14,476 nucleotides of DNA from an uncultured Deinococcales bacterium (lineage in GTDB: Bacteria; Deinococcota; Deinococci; Deinococcales; JAAFIG01), in the NCBI GenBank assembly GCA_964244895.1, contig CAXTKV010000047.1, positions 14,018-28,493 of the forward strand, given 5' to 3'. The translations under genes were made by a program, and so were the position numbers. Shown here one piece after another: positions 1-9,363 of this stretch (its first letter is position 1; each line of letters starts with the position of its first letter). The notes under the pieces were generated by a model. It was not told the DNA's origin. It did no database searches and worked only from the letters and a program-made list of their open reading frames with translations.

Positions 1-33
1 CCAGTGCTCAAATCCAGTGCTCAAATCCAGTGC
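1..33. repeat. 13-bp tandem repeat (CCAGTGCTCAAAT x ~2.5), truncated by window edge
   Basis: ccagtgctcaaat ccagtgctcaaat ccagtgc read directly at 1-33. Confidence 0.9.
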
Positions 34-40
34 CCGAGAC

Positions 41-91
41 GAGAACACTGTCCTGGACGGTATTCACAGATTGCGTGCTAGACGGTGTTCT
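41..91. repeat. Palindromic GAACACCGTCC-family element, copy 1 (dimeric)
   Basis: gagaacactgtcc-t-ggacggtattc followed by a degenerate second unit ending gacggtgttct. Confidence 0.85.
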
Positions 92-110
92 GATCCATAT
101 CCTCCCTATC

Positions 111-1013
111 CTAAAGCTCCGTCCTGACCTGCCACAACTCCGGGAACAGCACCACGTCGAGCGCGCGGCGCAAGTACGGCACACCCGCCGTGCCGCCAGA
201 ACCGCGCTTGAAACCGATCACGCGCTCCACCGTCACGAGGTGGTTGAAGCGCCAGCGCCTGAAATTGTCCTCCACGTCCACCAGCTTTTCCGCCAGCGCG
301 TACAAGTCCCAGTATCGCGCCGTATCGCGGTAGACCTCGAGCCAGGCGTTCAGCACGGCCTCGTTCGGTTCGTAGGGTTGAGCAAAATCGCGTTTCAGGA
401 CGCCCTCTGGGATGTTCAGCCCTCGAGACGCGAGCAATCGAATCGAGAGGTCGTAGAGGCTCGGCGTTTGCAGCGCGTCCTCGAGCGAGCGGTGATGATC
501 CGGCCTGTGCTCGTGCGGGCGCATCATGAAGGACTGACGGTTGCCGAACAAAAACTCGATCAACCGATACTGGTGCGATTGAAAACCCGACGCCTGCCCA
601 AACGCTGATCGGAACACCAGGTAATCGGCGGGCGTCATGGTCTTCAAGACCTCCCAGGCGTTCGTCATCTGCTCCTGCGCCCTGGACACGCGCGCCAGCA
701 TCTTCATGGCCGGGTCGATCACGCCACCTTCCAGGCAGCGCATCGCGCTCGAGAGTTCGTGAATTAAAAGCTTCATCCAGAGTTCCTGCACTTGATGAAT
801 GGCGATGAAGAGCGGTTCGTCGTGCGCGTCCGTCAGGGGTCGTTGCGCGCCCAGCAGTTCGTCCAGCGCCAGGTAATCGCCGTAAGAGAAGGCGTTCTTG
901 AAGTCCGTGTGCGCGGTTCGGAACGTGGTTTCATCCCGAGGAGCACCGTCCTGGACAGCATTCTCAGGGATCGCGTCTGGGACGGTGTTGTTTCGTTTCG
1001 AGTCGTCTGGCAT
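111..1013 (-). CDS. kynA: Tryptophan 2,3-dioxygenase
   Basis: Motifs SYGDYL, HDEPLFIAIHQVQELW, SGFQSHQYR, WRFNHLVTVERVIGFKRGSGG and LFPELW. Start is ATG 1013 or the adjacent GTG 1016; there is no in-frame Met between these and the conserved core. Confidence 0.96.
   Translation of the reverse strand: MPDDSKRNNTVPDAIPENAVQDGAPRDETTFRTAHTDFKNAFSYGDYLALDELLGAQRPLTDAHDEPLFIAIHQVQELWMKLLIHELSSAMRCLEGGVIDPAMKMLARVSRAQEQMTNAWEVLKTMTPADYLVFRSAFGQASGFQSHQYRLIEFLFGNRQSFMMRPHEHRPDHHRSLEDALQTPSLYDLSIRLLASRGLNIPEGVLKRDFAQPYEPNEAVLNAWLEVYRDTARYWDLYALAEKLVDVEDNFRRWRFNHLVTVERVIGFKRGSGGTAGVPYLRRALDVVLFPELWQVRTEL
941..989. repeat. Palindromic element copy 2, inside the 5' end of the TDO ORF
   Basis: gagcaccgtcc-t-ggacagcattctc...gcgtctgggacggtgtt; the first unit is near-identical to that at 10751-10772. 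Confidence 0.85.
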
Positions 1014-1037
1014 CACATCGCTCGATTCTCGAGATCA

Positions 1038-1150
1038 TGCGTAGGCCGAGTCTCGAGTAATTGTTTCCGCTCGAGGGCGAACACGTCACGTGAAGCGTGC
1101 TGAAGCACGATACCTGCAGCGTGCTGAAGCACGATACCCGCCCCTACGCA
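1038..1150. repeat. GTAG-type REP/REPIN-like element with an internal 24-bp tandem hairpin duplication
   Basis: Terminal inverted repeat tgcgtagg (1038-1045) / cctacgca (1143-1150). agcgtgctgaagcacgatacc occurs at 1094-1114 and 1118-1138, each containing the hairpin CGTGCT-GA-AGCACG. The right end reads GTAGGGGCG on the minus strand. Confidence 0.6.
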
Positions 1151-1176
1151 AGCATCAAGGTTTCTCGAGCAACCAA

Positions 1177-1225
1177 AAACACCGTCCCAGACGACGTTTT
1201 CTCGAGCGCGTCCAGCACGGTGCTT
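1177..1225. repeat. Palindromic element copy 3 (dimeric, CTCGAG at the junction)
   Basis: aaacaccgtcccagacgacgttttctcgagcgcgtccagcacggtgctt. Confidence 0.8.
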
Positions 1226-1233
1226 CCCCATCG

Positions 1234-1626
1234 TCATTCCGGGATCACCGCCGTCGCCTCGATCTCTACCTTGGCCGCATCCTCGATCAGCGCGGAAACC
1301 TCGACCACGCTCATGACGGGGTAATGCCGCCCCATCACATCCCGATACGCCGGGCCGAGATGCTCGAGCGAAGCCAGGTATTCGCGCTTGTCCGTCACGA
1401 ACCAGGTCAGGCGCACGATGTGCTCCGGCCCGCCGCCCGCCTCGCGCAGCACGGCCACGATGTTGGATAAAGCCTGATGAACCTGACCCGCAAAATCGTG
1501 CGTCTCGAACTGACCATCCTGGTTCCAGCCGATCATTCCGGCCACGAACACGAGTTGGCCTCTGGCTGAAATACCGTTCGCGTAGCCTTTCGGTTTCGCC
1601 CAGTTTGGGGGTTGCAGCCTCTTCAC
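1234..1626 (-). CDS. RidA/YjgF/UK114 family enamine/imine deaminase
   Basis: 130 aa; LQPPNWAKPKGYANG, VFVAGMIGW, YPVMSVVEVSALI and KVEIEATA. GTG start overlaps the ligase TGA (GTGA). Confidence 0.92.
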   Translation of the reverse strand: MKRLQPPNWAKPKGYANGISARGQLVFVAGMIGWNQDGQFETHDFAGQVHQALSNIVAVLREAGGGPEHIVRLTWFVTDKREYLASLEHLGPAYRDVMGRHYPVMSVVEVSALIEDAAKVEIEATAVIPE

Positions 1627-3257
1627 GGGTTCTCTCGTCTCTCGAGCGCGTCCTGGCGCAACCTGAAGCGCTGCAATTTGCCCGTCTGGGTCTTCGGCAG
1701 CGCGTCGCGGAACTCGATGGCTCGAGGGTACTTGTAGGGCGCGATGGTTCGCTTGACGAAATCCTGGAGTTCCTTGGCCATCTCGGGCGATGGCTCAATT
1801 CCGGCGCGCAGCACGACCACCGCCATCACGATCTGTCCGCGATCCGCGTCCGGCGCACCGATCACGGCGCACTCCGCGACGCTTTTGTGCTGCAAGAGCG
1901 CGCCCTCGACTTCTGGCCCGGCGATGTTGTACCCCGAGGAGATGATCATGTCGTCCGTGCGCGCTTGGTAGTGAAAGTAGCCGTCCTCGTCCATCAGGTA
2001 CGCGTCACCGGTGACGTTCCAGCCGTCGCGCACGTAATGGCGCTGACGATCATCCGCCAGGTATCGGCAACCCGTCGGCCCCTTGACCGCCAGCTTTCCG
2101 ACCTGACCGGGCGGCAGCACGTTCCCATCGTCGTCCATGACGCAGGCCGCGAATCCCGGCACGGGCTTGCCGGTCGCACCCGCCCTGGCCTCGCGTTCGT
2201 CCGCCGAGATGAAGATGTGCAGCATCTCGGTCGCGCCGATGCCGTCGATCAACTCGATGCCCGTCGCTTCGCGCCACAGCGTCCGGGTCGCGGCGGGCAG
2301 CACCTCGCCCGCAGACACGCACTTGCGCAGGCTCGAGAGATCAACATCGCGCACCAGTCCCGCCATCGCGCGGTACGAGGTCGGCGCGGTGAAGACGACG
2401 CTGATCCCGAATTCCGCAATCGCGGGCAGGAGCAATTCCGGCGCGGCCTTTTCCAGCAGCACCGAACTCGCGCCGATTCGCATCGAAAAAAGCACGATCC
2501 CGCCCAGCCCAAAGGTGAACGCGAGCGGCGGGCTTCCCGTGAAGACATCGTCCGCGTTCGCCTTGAGCGTGTGCTTCGCGAAGGTGTCGCAGATGGCGAG
2601 CGCGTCGCGGTGGAAGTGAACGCAGCCCTTCGGCTTGCCGGTCGTGCCCGACGTGAAGGCGATCAACACCACGTCGTCGCGGTGCGTGTCCACGTTCTCA
2701 AAGCTCCCGGATTTGAGCGCCATGCGCGCCTCGAGACCCTCAGCGTCAGCGTTCCCAAAGCGGCAAACGTTCGTCAGCGACGGACAATCCGGCAGCGCGT
2801 TCTCGAGTTCCTCCGCCAGCCTGGCGTCCACCAGCGCGTGCGAGATTTCCGCTTTCGTGACCACATCGGTCAGTTCCTTCGCGCGCAGCAGCGGCATGGT
2901 CGCGACCACGATCCCGCCCGCCTTGACGATCCCGAACCAGCACGCGACCATCATCGGGTTGTTGAACCCGTGCAGCAGCACCCGGTTTCCCGCCTCGAGC
3001 CCATGATCTTCGACCAGCACGCGCGCGATCCGGTTGGATCGATCCAACAAATCCTGGTACGTCCAGGTCACGCCCGGCGCGCGGAACGCGACGCGCTCGC
3101 CCCAACCGCGTGAGATCGCAGCATCCAACAGTTCCGTGGCACAGTTCAGGTGCTCCGGGTAGCGCAACTCGGGCAACTCGAACACGAATTCGGGCTGGAA
3201 TTCCGTGGGCGGCAAGTGATCCCTGGCGAACGTGTCCGTGTGCGCCGTCCAGTTCAC
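1623..3257 (-). CDS. abmG: 2-aminobenzoate-CoA ligase-like AMP-dependent aryl-CoA ligase
   Basis: AMP-binding motif [11 protein letters not shown], plus DGIGATE, TGD, RTDDMI and [11 protein letters not shown]. The N-terminal [14 protein letters not shown] is typical of this subfamily, and the operon context fits. Substrate is inferred. Confidence 0.88.
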   Translation of the reverse strand: MNWTAHTDTFARDHLPPTEFQPEFVFELPELRYPEHLNCATELLDAAISRGWGERVAFRAPGVTWTYQDLLDRSNRIARVLVEDHGLEAGNRVLLHGFNNPMMVACWFGIVKAGGIVVATMPLLRAKELTDVVTKAEISHALVDARLAEELENALPDCPSLTNVCRFGNADAEGLEARMALKSGSFENVDTHRDDVVLIAFTSGTTGKPKGCVHFHRDALAICDTFAKHTLKANADDVFTGSPPLAFTFGLGGIVLFSMRIGASSVLLEKAAPELLLPAIAEFGISVVFTAPTSYRAMAGLVRDVDLSSLRKCVSAGEVLPAATRTLWREATGIELIDGIGATEMLHIFISADEREARAGATGKPVPGFAACVMDDDGNVLPPGQVGKLAVKGPTGCRYLADDRQRHYVRDGWNVTGDAYLMDEDGYFHYQARTDDMIISSGYNIAGPEVEGALLQHKSVAECAVIGAPDADRGQIVMAVVVLRAGIEPSPEMAKELQDFVKRTIAPYKYPRAIEFRDALPKTQTGKLQRFRLRQDALERRENP

Positions 3258-4447
3258 GCGAGTTTCGCCTCCTCTCGAGATTGGCGTTCCTTGAAAGATT
3301 TCAGCACTTCGCGCGCAATGATCATCTGCTGCACTTCGGTCGCGCCCTCGTAGATGCGGAGCGTGCGAACCTCGCGGTAGAGGGATTCCACGACGCTACC
3401 GCGCGTCACGCCCAACCCGCCGAAGATCTGCACGGCGTTGTCGATCACGCGCTGCGCTTCCTCGGTGGCGGTCATCTTGGCCATCGCGGCTTCCTTGGTG
3501 ACGCGCTCGCCGCGATCTCGCATCCAGGCCGCGCGATACACGAGGAGCGCACTCGAGTCCACGGCGGTGGCCATGTCCGCCAGTTTTGCTTGCGTCAACT
3601 GAAAATCCGCCAGCGTCTGCCCGAACATGGTTCTCGAAGTCGCACGCCCCAGGGATTCGTGCAGCGCGCAGCGCGCGAAGCCGAGCGCGGCGGCGGCCAC
3701 GGACGTTCTGAAGACATCCAGCGTGCTCATGGCGATCTTGAAACCCTGACCGGGTTCACCGATCAATCGGTTTTTGGGCACGCGGCAATTCCTGAACTCG
3801 AGCCTGGCCAGCGGGTGCGGCGCGATCACCTCGATGCGCTCTGCGATCTCGAGGCCGGACGTATTGGCGTCCACGATGAACGCGCTGATGCCCCTCGAAC
3901 CCGCCTCCCCGGTGCGCGCGAACACCACGTAGAAATCCGCGATGCCACCGTTGCTGATCCAGGTTTTCGCGCCGTCCAGCACGTAGTAGTCACCCTCGAG
4001 CCGCGCGGCGCAGGTCATGGCCGCCACGTCCGAACCAGCAAGAGGTTCGGAGAGCGCGAAGGCTGCGATCATCTGGCCGCTCGAGACGCCAGGCAGGTAC
4101 GCGCGTTTCTGATCCGGCGCGCCGAACAACGAGATCGCGCCCGAGCCCAAACCCTGCATCGCGAAGCAGAAATCCGCCAGTCCATCGTGCCGCGCCAGCG
4201 TCTCGCGGATCAGGCAGATGGCGCGCGTGTCGATCTGGTCGGCCTTTCCGCCGTTTTCCCGACCCGCCACCGCATAGCGGAACCAGCCACCCGCACCCAG
4301 GCTCGAGACGCGCTCCTTGCAGGCAGCGTCAACATCAGCACCGTGAAAATGCTCCAGGTTCCGCGCCGCCCACGCGTCCAGATCGCGCTCGAGGTCGGCG
4401 TGGTGCGCATCGAAGAAGGGCCACTCGAGATACGACTTATCGGTCAT
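3254..4447 (-). CDS. Acyl-CoA dehydrogenase
   Basis: [33 protein letters not shown] and IYEGATEVQ. Start placed at [12 protein letters not shown] (ATG 4447, GAGGG upstream); the longer ORF start at 4495 lies within a repeat. Confidence 0.93.
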   Translation of the reverse strand: MTDKSYLEWPFFDAHHADLERDLDAWAARNLEHFHGADVDAACKERVSSLGAGGWFRYAVAGRENGGKADQIDTRAICLIRETLARHDGLADFCFAMQGLGSGAISLFGAPDQKRAYLPGVSSGQMIAAFALSEPLAGSDVAAMTCAARLEGDYYVLDGAKTWISNGGIADFYVVFARTGEAGSRGISAFIVDANTSGLEIAERIEVIAPHPLARLEFRNCRVPKNRLIGEPGQGFKIAMSTLDVFRTSVAAAALGFARCALHESLGRATSRTMFGQTLADFQLTQAKLADMATAVDSSALLVYRAAWMRDRGERVTKEAAMAKMTATEEAQRVIDNAVQIFGGLGVTRGSVVESLYREVRTLRIYEGATEVQQMIIAREVLKSFKERQSREEAKLA

Positions 4448-4487
4448 GATTCTTGCCCTCGCTCGATCGAGACTCGAGAGGAATGAA

Positions 4488-4555
4488 GAGAACACCGTCC
4501 CAGACGCACTTTTTCGAAATCACGAGGACACCGTGCTGGACGGTGTTCTCTCGAG
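4488..4555. repeat. Palindromic element copy 4 (perfect 13-bp terminal inverted repeats)
   Basis: gagaacaccgtcc (4488-4500) / ggacggtgttctc (4538-4550), running into ctcgag (4550-4555). Confidence 0.92.
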
Positions 4556-4579
4556 GCGCACCGATCATCTCGGGCATCG

Positions 4580-5449
4580 TTAATCCCCCTCGAAGCGCGG
4601 CTTTTCCTTGGCGGCAAAGGCGTGAAATGCCCTGTGGAAATCTCGGGTCGCCATGCAGATCGCCTGCGCCTGAGCTTCCGCTTCGATGGCCTCATCCAGC
4701 CCCATGTTCCATTCCTGGTGCAGCATTTTTTTGGTCATGCCGTGGGCGAAGCTCGGCCCAATCGCCAATTCTCGAGCCAGGGCTTGCGCATCCTCTAGAA
4801 CGCTTTCAGGCGCGCAGATACGGTTGAGAAATCCCCAGCGCTCGGCCTCGTCACCACCCATCGAGCGGCCCGTGTACAACAGTTCCGATGCGCGACCCTG
4901 ACCGATCACCCTGGGCAAGAGCGCGCACGCGCCCATGTCGCACCCGGCCAGACCGACGCGGGTGAACAAGAAGGCCGTCTTGCTGCGGGCCGTGCCCAAA
5001 CGCACGTCGCTCGCAAGGGCGATCATCGCGCCCGCGCCGACGCACACGCCGTCCACGGCACTGATGATCGGTTGCGGGCAGGCGCGCATGGCCTTGACCA
5101 GATCGCCGGTCATGCGCGTGAACGCGAGAATGCCGGGCATGTCCATTTGGGTCAGCGGCTCGATGATCTCGAAGACATCGCCGCCGGAAGAAAAGTTCTG
5201 GCCCGCGCCCGTCACGACGATGGCCTTCACGTCGGATGCGGAGGCAAACGCGCGAAACAGGTCGCGCAACTCGGCGTAACTCTCGAAGGTCAGCGGGTTC
5301 TTGCGCTCGGGACGGTTCAGCGTGATGGTCGCCACGCCGTCAGTCGCGGCGTACCCGAAGTGCTGCGCCTCGTAGTTCGCGAGCTCGAGCGCGTTTCCGG
5401 GCAAGCGCACCCTCCCCTCGGCTCGGGTCAGATTTCCGGGCAGCTTCAT
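4580..5449 (-). CDS. Enoyl-CoA hydratase/isomerase (crotonase family)
   Basis: [30 protein letters not shown] and [16 protein letters not shown] overlaps the marR stop (ATGA); an alternative GTG start lies at 5410. Confidence 0.93.
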   Translation of the reverse strand: MKLPGNLTRAEGRVRLPGNALELANYEAQHFGYAATDGVATITLNRPERKNPLTFESYAELRDLFRAFASASDVKAIVVTGAGQNFSSGGDVFEIIEPLTQMDMPGILAFTRMTGDLVKAMRACPQPIISAVDGVCVGAGAMIALASDVRLGTARSKTAFLFTRVGLAGCDMGACALLPRVIGQGRASELLYTGRSMGGDEAERWGFLNRICAPESVLEDAQALARELAIGPSFAHGMTKKMLHQEWNMGLDEAIEAEAQAQAICMATRDFHRAFHAFAAKEKPRFEGD

Positions 5450-5943
5450 GGGTTCACCTCCGCGTTCAGATGCGATTTCAGTTTGGCGAGCAAGCCGTAC
5501 ATGGCGTCCTTTTCTCGAGCCGACAGACCACAGAAGAACTCGATCACCCAGCCCTCATGAACCCGCGCCATCTGCGCGAAGGTCTTGTGCCCCGACTTCG
5601 TGAGCTTGACCGTGAACGAGCGCCGATCCGACGCGTCCACCTCGCGCGCCACCAATCCTTCGCGCTCGAGCTGATCGGTGATACCGGTGACGTTGCCGCT
5701 CGTGACCATCATGCGTTTTGAAAGTTCGCCCATCTTCAAACCTTCCGGGCTGCGCTCGAGTTGCGCCAACAGATCGAAGCGCGGCAGGGTCGTGTCGAAC
5801 TCCTCGCGCAATCGCGACCTGATCTCGGTTTCGATCAGGTTGGTGCAGGTCAGCAAACGCAACCAGAGCTTGATGGCCTGGTGGTGATCCGCCTCGATGC
5901 GCGTCTCGAGGTCGATGGGTAGGGGTTCAAGGGTGGCTGTCAT
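5446..5943 (-). CDS. MarR family transcriptional regulator
   Basis: Winged [52 protein letters not shown]. Confidence 0.95.
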   Translation of the reverse strand: MTATLEPLPIDLETRIEADHHQAIKLWLRLLTCTNLIETEIRSRLREEFDTTLPRFDLLAQLERSPEGLKMGELSKRMMVTSGNVTGITDQLEREGLVAREVDASDRRSFTVKLTKSGHKTFAQMARVHEGWVIEFFCGLSAREKDAMYGLLAKLKSHLNAEVNP

Positions 5944-6714
5944 TCACATCACCTCTCCGCCCGCTACTGGAATGGCCTGACCCGTGACGGACGCGGAACC
6001 GGGCTGGCACAGCCACAGCACGGCCTCGGCAATTTCATGGGGTTCGATCAGGCGGCCTTGCGGGTTCGTCTTGACCAGTTCGGCTCGAGCCTCGCGTTCT
6101 TCGCGTCCGGTTCTGGCGACGATGTTGGCCACGGCATCGCGCACGATGTCGGTGTCGGTGTAACCGGGGCAGACCGCGTTGACCGTGATGTTTTTCCTGG
6201 CCAGCTCGAGCGCCAGGGCGCGCGTCAAACCGATCACGCCGTGCTTGGCCGCGCAGTAGGCCGTCACATACGGATACCCGACCAATCCCGCCGTGCTGGA
6301 CACGTTCACGATCCGTCCCCAGCCCGCCTCGAGCATCCCCGGCAGCGCCGCCTGAGCGCACAGGAACGCGCCCGTCAGGTTGACCTCGAGCATCGCGTTC
6401 CATAGCTCGAGACTTGTTTTGAGGAACGCCTGACTCTGCGCCTGCCCCGCGTTGTTGACCAGGATCGTGACCGGACCGAGCGCATCGGACGCGCCAGAGA
6501 ACGCGCCCAGGACGCTCTGCTGATCGGTCACGTCGGCGGTCTCGAGATGCACTTCCGCGAACTCGCGCAATTTCTGGGCGCGCTGCTCGAGCGCGTCCAA
6601 TGATCGCCCCATCAGCGTGACCTTCGCACCGGATCGCGCCAACGATTCCGCGATGGCCGCGCCGATGCCGCGCCCACCACCCGTCACGACCGCGTGCCTG
6701 CCAGCGAGGGTCAC
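5944..6714 (-). CDS. SDR family NAD(P)-dependent oxidoreductase (3-hydroxyacyl-CoA dehydrogenase-like)
   Basis: [12 protein letters not shown], catalytic YCAAK and VCPGY. GTG start with GAGG 6 nt upstream. Confidence 0.94.
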   Translation of the reverse strand: MTLAGRHAVVTGGGRGIGAAIAESLARSGAKVTLMGRSLDALEQRAQKLREFAEVHLETADVTDQQSVLGAFSGASDALGPVTILVNNAGQAQSQAFLKTSLELWNAMLEVNLTGAFLCAQAALPGMLEAGWGRIVNVSSTAGLVGYPYVTAYCAAKHGVIGLTRALALELARKNITVNAVCPGYTDTDIVRDAVANIVARTGREEREARAELVKTNPQGRLIEPHEIAEAVLWLCQPGSASVTGQAIPVAGGEVM

Positions 6715-6740
6715 GGTGCGCCTCGAGATACAACGTTCAG

Positions 6741-6801
6741 GAACACCGTCCGGGACGGTGTTTTCTCGAGATCAAAAAATCGCGTGCCAGACGGTGTTCT
6801 C
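6741..6801. repeat. Palindromic element copy 5 (dimeric)
   Basis: gaacaccgtcc-g-ggacggtgttttctcgag...gtgccagacggtgttctc. Confidence 0.9.
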
Positions 6802-6823
6802 AAAAATATACCCAGAATTCCGT

Positions 6824-9169
6824 TCATCTCGAGGCCAACTCCTCGGCCTTGTCCACCTGCACGCGCGCCAGGTTGCGCTCGAGTTGCGCCTTGCCCGTCA
6901 GGTACGGCTTGGGCCATTCCACCTCGCGGTAGCCGAGGTTGGCGGCCTGGTGGAGCGTCCAGGCGGCGTCCGCCAGGTGCGGTCTGGCGATGGCGCACAG
7001 GTCGGCGCGTCCCGCCGCGATGATGCTGTTGACGTGATCGGCCTCGAAGATCGCGCCGACGGCCATGGTCGCCATGCCGAGCTCGTTGCGGATGCGGTCG
7101 CTGAATGGTGTCTGGTACATGCGCCCGTACACGGGTCGGGCATCTCGGGTGGTCTGACCGGAGGACACGTCCATCAGATCCGCACCCGCCGCCTCGAACA
7201 TCCGGGCAATCCGCACGGCGTCCTCGGGCGTGTTGCCGCCCTCCGCCCAGTCGTGCGCGCTGATGCGCACGGACATCGGCAGGTGGTCGGGCCAGACGGC
7301 GCGCATGGCGGAAAAAACCTCCAGCGGGTAGCGCATCCGGTGCTCGAGACTGCCGCCGTAGTCGTCGGTGCGCTGGTTGGTGAGCGGGCTGATGAAGGCT
7401 GAAATCAAATAGCCGTGCGCGGCGTGCAGTTCCAGCCAGTCGAAACCCGCATCGATGCCCATGCGGGTCGCCCTCACGAAGTCATCCAGCACGCGATCCA
7501 TGTCGGCGCGGGTCATGGCTCGCGGAACCTGATTGCGCGGGCCGTAGGCAATGCTCGAGGGCGCGATCAACGGCCAGTTTCCGGTCGGCAGCGGTTCGTC
7601 GCCGTCCTCCCAGCCGAGTTGCGTGCTGCCCTTCGGCCCGGCGTGCCCGAGTTGCAGGGCGATCTTGGCGCTCGAGTTCTGATGGACGAAATCCGCGATG
7701 CGCCGCCAGGCGCGAACGTGTTCCGGCGCGTACATCCCGGCGCAACCGGGCGTGATGCGCGCGTCCGCAGACGGGCAGGTCATCTCCGTGAAGACCAGTC
7801 CCGCGCCGCCCATCGCGCGCGTGCCCAGGTGGACGAGATGGAAATCTCCGGCGATTCCGTCCTGCGCCGAGTACATCGCCATCGGGCTGACGACCACGCG
7901 GTTTTTCAAGGTCACGCCGCGCAAGGTGAACGGCGTGAACATCGGCGGTACGGGCTTCGGTGGCAATCCTGATCGCTGCGCCAGCCACGATTCCATGCCC
8001 TCGACGTAGCGCTCGTCGCGCAACCGTAAATTCTCGTGCGAGATGCGTTGCGAGCGCGTCAGCAGGCTGTACGCGAACTGTTCGGCCTCGAGCGCGGTGT
8101 AACGATCCACGTTCTCGAACCATTCGGTGCTGTTGCGCGCGGCGTTCTGAATTTTCAGGACTTCAACGCTCCGCTCCGCGACGTAGGCCTCGAGAATCTG
8201 CTCGAGGTTCCCCGACGGATCGGTTCCGCCGTGCTTCTCGAACGCCCTGGAGAGGCCGATCGCGTCCTCGAGCGCCAGCTTCGTGCCGGAACCGATGGAA
8301 AAATGTGCCGTGTGCGCCGCGTCGCCCATCAGCACGACGGGCACGCGCTGGCCGTCCAGGTCGTTCCACTGCACCCAACTTTTGCAGATCACGCGCGGGA
8401 ACCTGATCCAGATCGCGCTGCCGCGCAGGTGCGCGGCGTTCGAGATCAGGCCGTGACCGCCCAGGTACGGCTCGAACAGTTTCTCGCAGAACGCAATGCC
8501 GTCTTGCTGGCTCATGGCTTCCAGCCCCGCAGCGCGCCAGACGTGCTCCGGCGTCTCGACGATGAAGGTGCTGGTGTCGCCATCGAACTGGTACGCGTGC
8601 GCCTGGAACCAGCCGTGTTCGGTCTGGGCAAAGGCGAAGGTGAAGGCGTCGAATTTCTGTTTCGTACCCAGCCACACGAAACGGCACTGTCGCAATTCCA
8701 CGTCCGGTTGAAACGTCGCTTCGTACTTTTTTCGGATGCGCGAGTTCAACCCGTCGGATGCGATCACCAGATCGGCCCGGTAACGCCGCGCGATTTCTTG
8801 ATCGTCCGCGACATCGGCCTCGAACTCGAGCCTCACGCCCAATTCGGCGCAGCGATCCTGAAGGATGTTCAGCAAACGCTTGCGCCCGATGCCGCAGAAG
8901 CCGTGCCCGCCGGAGGTGATCGTGCGGCCCTTGAAATGCACGTCGATGTCGTCCCAGTGGTTGAAGGCGCTCTGAATGGTGGCGCTCGAGGAGGGGTCTG
9001 CAATTTCCAGATTCCCCAGCGTCTGGTCGCTGAAGACCACGCCCCAGCCGAAGGTATCGCCGGGTCGGTTGCGTTCCAGGACGGTGATGTCGAATTCCGG
9101 GTGGCGTTTTTTCAGCAGCAGGGCCGAGTACAACCCCGCTGGCCCGCCGCCGATGCAGACGATTCGCAT
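6824..9169 (-). CDS. abmA: Bifunctional 2-aminobenzoyl-CoA monooxygenase/reductase (salicylyl-CoA 5-hydroxylase/oxidoreductase family)
   Basis: 781 aa. N-terminal FAD monooxygenase ([38 protein letters not shown]) fused to an Old Yellow Enzyme domain ([26 protein letters not shown]). GAGG RBS upstream. Confidence 0.93.
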   Translation of the reverse strand: MRIVCIGGGPAGLYSALLLKKRHPEFDITVLERNRPGDTFGWGVVFSDQTLGNLEIADPSSSATIQSAFNHWDDIDVHFKGRTITSGGHGFCGIGRKRLLNILQDRCAELGVRLEFEADVADDQEIARRYRADLVIASDGLNSRIRKKYEATFQPDVELRQCRFVWLGTKQKFDAFTFAFAQTEHGWFQAHAYQFDGDTSTFIVETPEHVWRAAGLEAMSQQDGIAFCEKLFEPYLGGHGLISNAAHLRGSAIWIRFPRVICKSWVQWNDLDGQRVPVVLMGDAAHTAHFSIGSGTKLALEDAIGLSRAFEKHGGTDPSGNLEQILEAYVAERSVEVLKIQNAARNSTEWFENVDRYTALEAEQFAYSLLTRSQRISHENLRLRDERYVEGMESWLAQRSGLPPKPVPPMFTPFTLRGVTLKNRVVVSPMAMYSAQDGIAGDFHLVHLGTRAMGGAGLVFTEMTCPSADARITPGCAGMYAPEHVRAWRRIADFVHQNSSAKIALQLGHAGPKGSTQLGWEDGDEPLPTGNWPLIAPSSIAYGPRNQVPRAMTRADMDRVLDDFVRATRMGIDAGFDWLELHAAHGYLISAFISPLTNQRTDDYGGSLEHRMRYPLEVFSAMRAVWPDHLPMSVRISAHDWAEGGNTPEDAVRIARMFEAAGADLMDVSSGQTTRDARPVYGRMYQTPFSDRIRNELGMATMAVGAIFEADHVNSIIAAGRADLCAIARPHLADAAWTLHQAANLGYREVEWPKPYLTGKAQLERNLARVQVDKAEELASR

Positions 9170-9209
9170 GGGAACCTCATTGGATCGTTGAAGCTCGAGA
9201 TTCGAGTTT

Positions 9210-9265
9210 GTTTGAAGTCTAAACTATTGAGGCTTAAGATAGTACGCGCGACACCCAAAATGCAA
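9210..9265 (-). promoter_or_regulatory. Putative operon promoter with two candidate MarR operator boxes
   Basis: AT-rich patch. Minus strand reads TTGCAT (9265-9260) N18 TATCTT (9241-9236). Related boxes ttgaagtctaa (9212-9222) and ttgaggcttaa (9227-9237) have dyad character and overlap the -10/+1 region. Confidence 0.5.
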
Positions 9266-9333
9266 ATCGAGGGAACACCGTCCAGGACGCCATTCTTGTA
9301 TTCTCGAGAAACACTGTGCTGGACGGTGTTCTC
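9266..9333. repeat. Palindromic element copy 6 (dimeric), in the divergent promoter region
   Basis: gaacaccgtccag (9273-9285) / ctggacggtgttc (9319-9331) form a perfect inverted repeat; internal ctcgag at 9303. Confidence 0.92.
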
Positions 9334-9363
9334 GTCGTAACATGAGCCAGAGGGGGAATGGGC

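Noticed and set aside
1013..1798. 261-aa minus-strand ORF spanning ridA and the repeat-filled gap
   Set aside because: Arg-rich off-frame overlap of the ligase and ridA genes; its C-terminal duplication merely reflects the 24-bp DNA repeat.
1605..4486. Long plus-strand ORFs (502 aa, 458 aa) and similar ones at 30-608, 8036-9340, 12733-13755 and 12846-13919
   Set aside because: Antisense shadows of well-supported minus-strand genes in high-GC DNA, with no recognisable motifs.
4448..4495. Extended N-terminus of the acyl-CoA dehydrogenase
   Set aside because: The start falls within repeat copy 4; ATG 4447 has an SD and matches the family N-terminus.
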